Positions 31,309-39,985 are shown, counted from the first letter of the stretch. The stretch is DNA of 64,000 nucleotides from a candidate division WOR-3 bacterium (GCA_965648905.1 CBFGIT010000014.1:14066-78065), one strand, 5' to 3'. Notes: a model not told the origin generated them from the sequence alone. Numbers and translations are program-made.

Positions 31309-31430
31309 AGGTCATTATGCAGGTATCGGGGCGGCAGTCAAGTGCGGTTCCGTGGTTGGGCCCGGGCTGATTCCGGACGCGCTTCACGGCCGGCTTGACT
31401 TTTGCTGCCGGTGAGCTAACTTGAGCAGGC

Positions 31431-32600
31431 ATGGATGAACTGAGACTTCGCTACGGCACGAACCCGCACCAGACCACGGCCCGCGCATTCGTCACCGAAG
31501 GCAAGCTGCCGTTCGAGGTACTGAACGGCCAGCCCGGTTACATCAACCTGCTTGATGCCCTCAATTCGTGGCAACTGGTCCGGGAACTGAAAGAGCTGAC
31601 CGGCCTGAGCGCGGCAGCATCGTTCAAGCATACCAGTCCGGTCGGTGCGGCCATCGGCCAGCCGCTTTCCGAAGAACTGGCCGAATCATGTCTTGTAAGC
31701 GGCATGGAATTGTCGCCGCTCGCCTGTGCCTATGCTCGGGCCCGCGGGGCAGACCGGATGTCGTCGTTCGGAGACTGGGCAGCGTTCAGCGACCCGGTGG
31801 ACGAGTCCAGCGCCCGGCTGCTGGCCCGTGAGGTATCAGACGGGTGTGTTGCGCCCGGTTACGAGCCGGCCGCACTCGAGATTCTCAAAGGCAAGAAGAG
31901 CAGCAACTACCCGATTATCAAGATGGACCCGGACTTCGAGCCCGGGCCAAGAGAGCTGCGTCAGGTTTTCGGGGTCTCGCTCGAACAGGACAGAAACGCC
32001 GCGCGCATCACCGCAGCGTTGCTCGAGAAGGTCGTCACGCACAAGAAAGTGATTCCCGATTCGGCCCGAACCGACATGCTTATCGCGACTCTGGTTCTGA
32101 AGTACACCCAGTCCAACTCGGTCTGTCTGGCATACGATGGCCAGGTCATCGGCTCGGGTGCGGGTCAGCAGTCGAGGATTCACTGCACCAGAATCGCCTG
32201 TGCCAAGGCGGACAAGTGGCTGCTGCGACTGCACCCGCGCGTACGCGGCCTTCAGTTCAAGAAGGACGTTACCCGGGTCCAGAAGTCGAACGCGGTTGAC
32301 CTGTTTCTTGAGGAAGATGCGACCGAAGAGGAACTGGCAGCCTGGCGGTTGAACTTCGCATCAGTACCCGAGCGGCTCACCCGAGAGGAAAAGCAGGCCT
32401 GGATTGCCAGGTTCACAGGCGTGGCGCTGAGCTCGGATGCTTTCATTCCGTTTCGTGACAACATCGACCGGGCCGCGCGTTCGGGCGTGGGCTATGTGGT
32501 TCAGACCGGAGGCTCAAGCCGGGACGAGGGAGTCATTCGAGCTGCGGACGAGTACGGCATGGTCATGGTCCTTACCGGTCTGCGGCTGTTTCTTCACTGA
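31431..32600 (+). CDS. purH: AICAR transformylase (PurH C-terminal type lacking the N-terminal IMP cyclohydrolase domain)
   Basis: Starts at LRYGTNPHQ; GYINLLDA, SFKHTSP, KYTQSNSV, GAGQQSRIHC, SSDAFIPFRD, RLFLH. Confidence 0.9.
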   Translation: MDELRLRYGTNPHQTTARAFVTEGKLPFEVLNGQPGYINLLDALNSWQLVRELKELTGLSAAASFKHTSPVGAAIGQPLSEELAESCLVSGMELSPLACAYARARGADRMSSFGDWAAFSDPVDESSARLLAREVSDGCVAPGYEPAALEILKGKKSSNYPIIKMDPDFEPGPRELRQVFGVSLEQDRNAARITAALLEKVVTHKKVIPDSARTDMLIATLVLKYTQSNSVCLAYDGQVIGSGAGQQSRIHCTRIACAKADKWLLRLHPRVRGLQFKKDVTRVQKSNAVDLFLEEDATEEELAAWRLNFASVPERLTREEKQAWIARFTGVALSSDAFIPFRDNIDRAARSGVGYVVQTGGSSRDEGVIRAADEYGMVMVLTGLRLFLH

Positions 32601-33498
32601 CCGCGGCCGGTTCGACATGGACAACGATGCCGGTGATGTCCGGCATCTCGTTCCTGAGCTGCGACTCGACCTGAGACGCGATGTCGTGCCCCTGGCGGAC
32701 CGTGAGCGCCGGGTCAACCTCGACGTGGACGTCCATTTCAATCATGCCGCCGGCGCCCGAATGACGGGCCCGGAAGGCATGAAGTCCGAGAACGCCCGGA
32801 ATCGCGGCGACCGCGGCACGCATCCGCTCGACGTCGGCCGGGGCCGGAGCCCGGTCGGACAGTTTCTGGAGCGATTCGCGGACGACCCGGATGCCGATGA
32901 TGACGAGGAACGCGGCGAGTACGACCGCGGTGACGTGGTCAAGAAAGGCCCAGCGATCGCCACCGACGAGAGCCCCGGCAATGCCGACGGCGGCTGCGAC
33001 CGAGGAAAAGGCATCGGAGCGGTGGTGCCAGGCGTTGGCCAGCACCGCGGGATTGCCGTAGCGCCGACCGACCGCGCGCGTCCACCAGTACAGGCTCTCC
33101 TTGAACACAATCGAGACGACCGCGGCCCAGAACGGCAGCCAGCCTCGGATTGCGCCGTGCTTCCTGCCCAAGGAGACAATCGACTCAATGCCTACAAACA
33201 GCGCGGCGGCGACCAGCAGCAGCCCGACAAACAGGGTGATAATCGACTCGTAACGCGAATGCCCGTAGTGGTGGTCGGCATCAGCCGGCCGCTTGGCCGC
33301 GGCGATACCCCAGAGCACGACAAAGTCACTGGCAAGGTCTGAGGCGCTGTGCAGGCCATCGGCGATGATGGCGCTCGAACCGGCGGCCAGCCCGACCAGG
33401 ACCTTGCCGGTGGCGAGGAACAGATTGACCACCAGTCCGAACAGCGTCACCCTGCGCTCCTCGCGCAACTGACCGGCGGTCGCAGACTCGTTCGGCAC
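32572..33498 (-). CDS. Cation diffusion facilitator family transporter
   Basis: ADGLHSASD, PAD-x-x-H-x-YGH-x-R-x-E, ANAWHHRSD, C-terminal dimerisation domain. Start moved to GTG 33498 because the track ATG lies inside the -10 box. Confidence 0.93.
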   Translation of the reverse strand: MPNESATAGQLREERRVTLFGLVVNLFLATGKVLVGLAAGSSAIIADGLHSASDLASDFVVLWGIAAAKRPADADHHYGHSRYESIITLFVGLLLVAAALFVGIESIVSLGRKHGAIRGWLPFWAAVVSIVFKESLYWWTRAVGRRYGNPAVLANAWHHRSDAFSSVAAAVGIAGALVGGDRWAFLDHVTAVVLAAFLVIIGIRVVRESLQKLSDRAPAPADVERMRAAVAAIPGVLGLHAFRARHSGAGGMIEMDVHVEVDPALTVRQGHDIASQVESQLRNEMPDITGIVVHVEPAAVSEETAADR

Positions 33499-33544
33499 GA
33501 CCACAAGCATATTGACCGACAGCGGCCAGTCAAGCCGGGCTGAT

Positions 33545-34140
33545 TGGGCAGACAGACGGACGGACGGAACGCAAGGGAGTCCGACGTGCGCGTACTCTGG
33601 AGTCTGGATGGGATAGTTCCGGGGAAGTGGAGCTTGTGCGGAGACTCGTTAGTGGAGATGCTGGTTGGGGCCTTGGAGGGGGCGAACCCGGCGCTCGGGC
33701 TAATCGGCGGATGCTCGTCAGGTCGGATACGTCCGGGCATGTGTGGGCGAGCTTTGCTCGGACCAATGGTCGTGATTTTGGGGATGTTCGTGGTCGTGCC
33801 TTTGGAAATGCCGGTGGTCATGCCTGCTGAAGTGCTGACAGGAATGACGCTGGCTGTGCTAGCGGTCGTGCTGTGTGGAATCAGGAGAGCAGTGACGACC
33901 GGCGTTCCTGGGATTGTGCCAGCCGCAATTCAGAGCGAGTCGCCAGCAGGCTGTACGTCGGCAATTCCGCCCGACATGTCTTGATGATTGCCGAGTCAGT
34001 CACAGTCGCCAGTAACGCTGGTCGCGCCAACTGTAATGACAACGGGAATGCATCGGGGAACTGCCCACCGGGCGAGCCAGAGTTAGGTTCGTCGGGGCGG
34101 GTTGTGCGTGTAACTTTCTGAGAACTATTGCGTTAGCCGC
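33545..34140. repeat. Degenerate 12-nt-periodic intergenic element, copy 1
   Basis: Units such as GGTCGTGATTTT/GGTCGTGCCTTT/GGTCATGCCTGC/GGTCGTGCTGTG; homologous to 52420-53200. Boundaries approximate. Confidence 0.6.
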
Positions 34141-34380
34141 AGTTTGCTGGCTGGTTGGTACGGGTCGCTTGATTGACCGACCTGCCGGCTTCGGAATCGT
34201 GCCGTCTCGAGTCCGGTCCTGCTGAGGTTGAAGGTATTGGTCCGTTTGAGCCCGGGCTGCCAGACTTGACCTGAGCCCACCGCCGACTAGGATAGTGCGC
34301 CAGATGCAAACGTTCCAGCAGCATGCCGGTCAGGCGGCAGAGTCCGCTTCGGTTGGTCTTGCGCGTATTGAGGAGCAGGC

Positions 34381-35748
34381 GTGACTGAAGCTGACAGCGC
34401 AGGGCCGCTTGTCCTGGTCGTGGATGATGACCCCGAAGTCAGGAAGCTGCTTTCGTATCTGCTGAAGTTCGATGGTATGAACGTTGTCCCGGCAGCCACG
34501 GGCAAAGAGGCGCTCGACCTGCTCAGCACCCGGGATTTCAGTCTGGCATTTCTCGACTATCAGTTGCCTGATACCGACGGGCTCAAGGTGCTCGCCGCGG
34601 CTCTGAAGGCGAAGCCAGCGCTGCCCGTTATCATGATGTCGGGGTTCGGCACAATCAAGCTGGCGGTTCAGGCGACCAAGCAGGGAGCCTACGACTTCAT
34701 CGAGAAGCCGCTTGACACCGACCGGGTGGTGATGACCATGCGCCACGCGCTCGAACGTCAGCATCTTCAGCGTGAGGTTGCCACCCTGCGGGCAGTGTGC
34801 CGCTCCCAGTACGAGATGGTCGGCAATTCGACGGCAATGCAGCGGCTCCAGGAGATGATTGACCGGATTGCACCGTCTCGGGCCAGCGTGCTGATACTCG
34901 GCGAGAGCGGCGCAGGCAAGGAGCTGGCCGCGCGTGCTATCCACGACCGGAGTTCGGTTAAGTCCGGGCCGTTCGTGCGGATCAACTGCGCGGCAATTCC
35001 CCAGGAGTTGATTGAGAGCGAGCTGTTCGGCCATGAGAAGGGCGCGTTCACCGGCGCGGTTGCCCAGAAGCCGGGTAAGCTCGAACTGGCCGACTCGGGC
35101 ACGGTGTTTCTCGACGAAGTCGGGGACATGAGTCTCTATGTCCAGGCCAAGCTGCTTCGGTTCCTGCAGGAAGGCGAGTTCGAACACGTCGGCGGGACCA
35201 AGACGATCAAGGTTGACGTCAGGACCCTTGCCGCCACGAACAAGAACCTGGTTGAGGAAATCAGCCGACAGCGTTTCCGGGAGGACCTGTACTACCGGTT
35301 GAACGTCGTGACCCTGGAGGTGCCACCGCTGCGCGAGCGCAGAGAGGACATCCCGGTGCTGGCTGAGTACTTCCTTGCCCGCTATTGCGAGGAACATGCG
35401 GTTCCACTCAAGAGTCTGACCAGCGATGGTCTGGCTTTGCTTGCGGCTCAGAGCTGGCCGGGCAATATCCGCGAGTTTGCCAATGTCATCCAGCGCTCGG
35501 TTGTGCTCGTGCCCGGCCCGAACATCTCAGCCCAGGACATCGAGCCGCTGCTTATCACCCGAACCGGCGAAGGGCAGACGAGCAGGGCGCTGAAGGCCGC
35601 ACGCGACGAGTTTGAACGGCGTCACATTACGTCGGTGCTTACCGAGTGTCGTGGCAGCGTCACCGAAGCTGCGCGTGTGCTAGAAGTCGAACGTACCAGT
35701 CTGTATCGTATCGCTGAGCGGCTCGGGCTGAAGCTCGAAGCCCGCTAG
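34381..35748 (+). CDS. Sigma54-dependent response regulator (NtrC/NtrX family: REC-AAA+-Fis HTH)
   Basis: LVVDDD...FLDYQLPD, GESGAGKE, ESELFGHEKGAFTGA, FLDEVGDM, FREDLYYRLNV, WPGNIRE, C-terminal HTH. Confidence 0.96.
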   Translation: MTEADSAGPLVLVVDDDPEVRKLLSYLLKFDGMNVVPAATGKEALDLLSTRDFSLAFLDYQLPDTDGLKVLAAALKAKPALPVIMMSGFGTIKLAVQATKQGAYDFIEKPLDTDRVVMTMRHALERQHLQREVATLRAVCRSQYEMVGNSTAMQRLQEMIDRIAPSRASVLILGESGAGKELAARAIHDRSSVKSGPFVRINCAAIPQELIESELFGHEKGAFTGAVAQKPGKLELADSGTVFLDEVGDMSLYVQAKLLRFLQEGEFEHVGGTKTIKVDVRTLAATNKNLVEEISRQRFREDLYYRLNVVTLEVPPLRERREDIPVLAEYFLARYCEEHAVPLKSLTSDGLALLAAQSWPGNIREFANVIQRSVVLVPGPNISAQDIEPLLITRTGEGQTSRALKAARDEFERRHITSVLTECRGSVTEAARVLEVERTSLYRIAERLGLKLEAR

Positions 35749-35765
35749 ATTTCCACCACAAAGAG

Positions 35766-35913
35766 CGTAGCCGAACGGCGACGCGGATGTTGTCAGACTA
35801 CGACACCTGTCGTTGCTATCTGTTGCCAGCTCGGTCGGGCTAACCTGTAAATCTCGATAGTATGTAAGTTACATTCATCGGTAAGCCTGGTACCCGATGG
35901 CACGTGGTCTGCA
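35766..35913 (+). promoter_or_regulatory. Sigma54 promoter with tandem enhancer-like palindromes and an IHF-like AT-rich site
   Basis: TGGCACG-TGGT-CTGCA at 35898-35913; CGTAG-N8-CGACG (35766-35783) and TGTTG-N8-CGACA (35788-35805); TGTAA-N18-TTACA between them. Confidence 0.6.
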
Positions 35914-36028
35914 CTTCTCAAGTCATGACTCTAATGCAGACCAATATCTCAGACCACTCCGGAAACTCTTATCAGAGTGCTGTGATGGTCGGACGAGTTG
36001 GTTATGACCCGGACTGCGGAGGTGCACG

Positions 36029-36505
36029 ATGACGACTCTGGTTATGGCGGTGGGCGGCGGGATTGCACTGCTCGGACTGGCGGCGGTGTCGAAGCTCTTC
36101 AAGTATGCGTTGCTTCTGGGCGTGGCCGGACTTGGTTGCTATATCGGGGTCGTGCCGAGTGCCCGGTGCAAGGTTGAGGAGCGTGTGCGCGAGTACGTGC
36201 GTCAACTGCAGGGTGTGGACCGGGTACCTGAGAGCATCTACGGTGAGGATACGGGCGACGAGGACGACGACCTGGACCCGGCGGGGGTCATTCCGGGCGA
36301 CTATGACGATGTGGACGAGGTTGCGATGGACAACATCAAGAGCGCAATCTGGCAGAGCGAAGCGGCAGAAGAGATTGTGTCCATCCTGGGCGAGGCGGAG
36401 CGGCATCCGGCCCGGCGGTTGCTGGACGTAGTGCGGGTGCTGCTCAAGGATGCGGCAGCAGATGCGAGCGGAGCGATTGATTCGGACGACTGGGATAACG
36501 ACTAG
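36029..36505 (+). CDS. Hypothetical membrane-anchored acidic protein
   Basis: GGAGG SD; two N-terminal hydrophobic segments; D/E-rich tracts. Confidence 0.7.
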   Translation: MTTLVMAVGGGIALLGLAAVSKLFKYALLLGVAGLGCYIGVVPSARCKVEERVREYVRQLQGVDRVPESIYGEDTGDEDDDLDPAGVIPGDYDDVDEVAMDNIKSAIWQSEAAEEIVSILGEAERHPARRLLDVVRVLLKDAAADASGAIDSDDWDND

Positions 36506-36520
36506 GCAGGGAACTCACCA

Positions 36521-36550
36521 GCGGGGGCGGGCAGCGATGCCCGCTCTCGC
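36521..36550 (+). terminator. Hairpin terminator
   Basis: GCGGGGGCGGGCA-gcga-TGCCCGCTCTCGC followed by AGTTTGGTT. Confidence 0.55.
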
Positions 36551-36663
36551 AGTTTGGTTGCTCGTCCGAAACCTGACGCCAAGCGCACCAACAACATGAA
36601 GGGTTCCAAACCTGTAACGGTGCTTTGTTGTGAGCTCGCGTACCGGGGTGCGCCGCCCGAGGC

Positions 36664-37182
36664 TTATGTCTTGCGGATGAAGCGGGGCCGGCTCGGTCTG
36701 AGCGGCAGTGTGAGTCGGTGGCTGAGCACAGTCATGCCGGCGCGGCAGAAGAACGCCCGCGCCACCAGGTCGAAGTCGTAGACCGAGGCCTGAATCTCGT
36801 CCGCGCCGCGCGCCTGGGCCCATTCTCTCACTTCGGCCAGGAGCCTTGTGCCGATTCCCTGGCGGCGGTGCGTGCGCCGAACCACAATGCCCCGGATGAT
36901 AATTGACCTCAAGGGTTTCTTCTGCGGATAGTCGGGCATTTCCCTGAGTCCTGCGTTGACAATGCCGATTACACGGCGGCCCAGTTCGGCAACTGCCAGG
37001 AACGTGTTCGGGTCGCGCATCAGCTCTTCGGTTCGGTCGCGGCGCCGAACTCGGCCCTGGGGCTTGCGGAACCGGTCGGGCAGATTCTCTCTGAACAGGC
37101 GGTCCATCTGCTCGGCAAGCGCGCAGATGGCGTCGAAGTCAGCCGGAACTGCAGGGCGGATGACGATACGGCGAGTCTTCAT
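36664..37182 (-). CDS. GNAT family N-acetyltransferase
   Basis: IRPAVPADF...IVVRRTHRRQGIGTRLL; ATGA overlap with the upstream gene. Confidence 0.88.
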   Translation of the reverse strand: MKTRRIVIRPAVPADFDAICALAEQMDRLFRENLPDRFRKPQGRVRRRDRTEELMRDPNTFLAVAELGRRVIGIVNAGLREMPDYPQKKPLRSIIIRGIVVRRTHRRQGIGTRLLAEVREWAQARGADEIQASVYDFDLVARAFFCRAGMTVLSHRLTLPLRPSRPRFIRKT

Positions 37183-37949
37183 CGTTCTTCTCGATGGCCG
37201 CAGGCCGGTTCTTCACCACCGAGTGTCCGGACGGTTCTTTGGATGGTTGCAAGACACAGGCCCGGCGTTCGGACAATCTCACGGCCGGAAAAGCGCAGCA
37301 CATGCCAGCCTCCGGACACGAGCCGGTTGTCGCGGGTGCGGTCGACCTCGGCTCTTGCTGGGCCGGTATGGTACAGCTCGCCGTCACATTCGACGTCAAT
37401 GTTACCGTCCCGGCAGAACAGGGCCAGGTCGAGCATGTTGCCCGGGCCATAGTCGCGGACAAAGTACTGCCGTTCAGGAGAGAGGCCGGAGCGCTTCAAC
37501 CGGGAGTAGAGTCGGTCCTCAATCGGGCTGTCGCAGAACAGGTCGTTGATTTCCTGCGCGCGCTTCAGGCGCTCCAGGGTCGTCGGGATGAAGACAATCC
37601 GGCGCAGGCGCAGGCTGGGAATCGGGTGGGGCAAGCGTTCCAGTCTGTCAATCGCCAGTCGCCAGTACTCATCAAGAGCCCGCGGGTGGCCGGGTTCGTC
37701 GGGCAGGAGGTCGATGCGTCTTGCTCTGGTGATGCGCCGCACTCGGGCCAGGTAGTTGACCGCCCATTTTTCGGCGCCGAAGGCCGCGGTCTGGTAGAAC
37801 GCAAGCCAGCGAAACCGCTCGATCCGGTCCGGTGCAGTTCGGGCCGGAATCCGGTACCAGTGTTCGTCTTGGAGCCGGTTCCAGTCTGTCCGGCGCGTGA
37901 CTACGGCGACGAGCGCGGGTGTGCTTCTGGTTACGCGCCGGCGTAGCAT
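37179..37949 (-). CDS. DUF559 (Vsr-like PD-(D/E)XK) endonuclease with an N-terminal WYRIP domain
   Basis: SPIE-x-x-L...ERQY...LDLA...IDVECDG-x-x-YH...D-x-x-RD-x-x-L-x-x-x-GW-x-VLRF. Confidence 0.85.
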   Translation of the reverse strand: MLRRRVTRSTPALVAVVTRRTDWNRLQDEHWYRIPARTAPDRIERFRWLAFYQTAAFGAEKWAVNYLARVRRITRARRIDLLPDEPGHPRALDEYWRLAIDRLERLPHPIPSLRLRRIVFIPTTLERLKRAQEINDLFCDSPIEDRLYSRLKRSGLSPERQYFVRDYGPGNMLDLALFCRDGNIDVECDGELYHTGPARAEVDRTRDNRLVSGGWHVLRFSGREIVRTPGLCLATIQRTVRTLGGEEPACGHREER

Positions 37950-38015
37950 GGGTCAGAATAGGCGGTGATTGGGCATTCGTCAAGGTCATCGGCCGCAGGC
38001 AAACAAGTGAAGCAG

Positions 38016-38041
38016 AGGGCGGCGTGATTTCACGCCGCCCT
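38016..38041 (-). terminator. Hairpin downstream of the 38063-39985 gene
   Basis: AGGGCGGCGTG-attt-CACGCCGCCCT. Confidence 0.6.
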
Positions 38042-38062
38042 TGGGTTAGTCTCGATTCCGGT

Positions 38063-39985
38063 CTAACGGGTAAGAACGAGTTTGACTTCAGACTGTTGGT
38101 CGCCTGAGCCGACACGGCAGAAGTAGATGCCCGGACTGACCAACTGGCCGAGCTGGTCGCGTCCATCCCAGGACGAGCCGGTCAGGGTGCGCACGTGGCG
38201 GCCGCTGTTGTCGAAGATGGAGAGGAGAGGGGTTGAGGTTTCAGGGAGTCGAGGGCTCAGGTCGAAGCGGACTGCAGTGGAGAACGGGTTGGGCCAGGCG
38301 CGGACTGCGGCCCGAACCACCGTTGCCGGCGTTTCGGCGATACCGCTGCTCGGGTCAGCAGTCGTGTACTTGATGGCCCGGCCGGGCACAAGCTGAGCCA
38401 TGCCCCGATGATAGCTGCCGTCAAACAGACACTGGATGGCTACGGTCATGCTCGGGTCCTGGATGCCGATGGTGCTGCTGGTGTAGTTGTTTGCCGTCAG
38501 GTACTGTACGAGCAGGACATTGTCGCCGGTCGGCGAATGGATCGTTGTGTCGTAGATGACGAGCTCGAACTTGTCCCATTGGTCGCGTGCACCGTAGTAG
38601 TGGACGCTGTCGTACTCGATGACGAAGCGGTGATTGGCCGGGTCGTGGTAGTACCAGACGCTGTTGCCGTAGGGCGGATACAGGTCGTCCCAGTTGAGAC
38701 AGACCACAGCCGGCAGGCTGGTTGTCGGCAGGGCGGTGTTGGTGTAGGAAACATTGGTCGTATAGCCGGGTGCGACCCAGCCATTGCCGCAGATGGAAAC
38801 CTGGCTGTAGGTCTGGCCGTAGTAGTTCCAGACAAACCCTGGCGGCAGGTCGACCTGTACGGTCTGGTCGTCAGACAGAGTCAGTCTGGTGCCGATGTCC
38901 CGGATTTCGACCCAGGAGAACTCAGGATGCTGAGCATACTGGATATCAACGTCGTCGTATGCCCAGTAGCGTGCGGGTTGACGCGGGCCGTCTGGAATCG
39001 GGTCGATGGCACGGAGTTCACCGACAACTACCGTGAGGTTGAGCGTGTCAACGTAGTTGCTGCCGGTAAGAAACAGTGTCAGCGGTATCGGAGTCTCAGG
39101 CTGAATCGAGGAGCTGACCTGGGCAACGTAGGCATCGCCCTGAGCGCTGCTGCCAGGTGCGATATTGCCGTAGGCAGAAGTCGAGTCGGTCAGGACAAAC
39201 CGGGCGTCACCGGAACGAAGCAGCCCGGTAACGCTGTTTGCTGCCTCATTTCCGACGTTGCGGACGGTGACAAGCAGTTCTCCGGTCTCGCCCGGGTCGA
39301 ATCGGCCGTTGCCGTTGCCGCCGGGCGGCGGGTCATTAACCGTGCGCGTGCCGAGCACGCAGTACGGGCCACTGGCATGGCTGACAAGAGTGACGTCGTC
39401 GGCGAAGACCTTCGCCCACGGCGTCCCTCAACCGCTGTAAGTGTAGCTGAAAAGCGCGACTTCAACCCGGGCAACGTCGTCCGGGTTGACGCCCTGGAGA
39501 TTCTGGCTGAGTTCCTCGGCGATATTCAGGGTGTACTCGTTCCATGAGGGGTCGGTGATTCGGCGCAGACTGAGCACGCCGGTAGGAACCCAGTTGGCAT
39601 AGGTGGAGTAGTAGTAGCGGGTTTCGCCTAGGACTGCGTCGGTGTTGTCGAGGTAGCGGACCGTGAAGCAGGCGGCAGGCCAGCACGTTGACGAGCCGCC
39701 TCCCTCTTCGAAGCTGGCCCAGAATGACAGTTCGAGCAGTACACCCGGTACGTCAACGGTCTGGCTGAGGCGCGCCCAGCCCGGGTTGTCGTACTGGTAG
39801 GTCTGGGCCTCATAGTCCGGGTCAGGATGATAGCCCGGATCGCGGCTGGCGGTGTGCGTGCCGTAGCCGCTGTCGGTATAAATCCAGCCGACGGTCAGTT
39901 CCTGTTCGAAGTCACCGTTGGTGAGCAGGTTCTGGCCGGAACTGACCGCCAGAACCAGGAGCGGAATGAACAAGAGCTTTTTCAC
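38063..39985 (-). CDS. Secreted 640-aa candidate selenoprotein (CBM4/9-like domain + Ig-like region + FlgD/T9SS C-terminus), Sec at codon 186
   Basis: Track ORFs 39428-39985 and 38063-39358 share a frame and are separated only by TGA at 39428-39430: ...SYTYSG-U-GTPWAKVFADDVTL... Signal peptide and SD on the first part; CTD (PNPF...WDGRD...GIYF...KLVLTR) on the second; SECIS-like hairpin follows the TGA. Confidence 0.8.
39392..39425 (-). promoter_or_regulatory. Bacterial SECIS-like stem-loop
   Basis: mRNA GACG-C-CGU-G-GGCGAA[GGUC]UUCGCC-G-ACG-A-CGUC; 17 nt separate the UGA from the GGUC apical loop. Confidence 0.75.

Noticed and set aside
31222..31430. ZMP/ZTP (pfl) riboswitch upstream of purH
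   Set aside because: No recognisable consensus, and the purH promoter lies 8 nt from the ATG, leaving no leader.
33545..34140. CRISPR array
   Set aside because: The units are contiguous degenerate 12-mers without identical repeats and unique spacers; no cas genes.
39428..39430. Genome-wide UGA reassignment to Trp/Gly as the explanation for the in-frame TGA
   Set aside because: TGA terminates prfA, prmC, recN, purH and ftsK at their expected C-termini.
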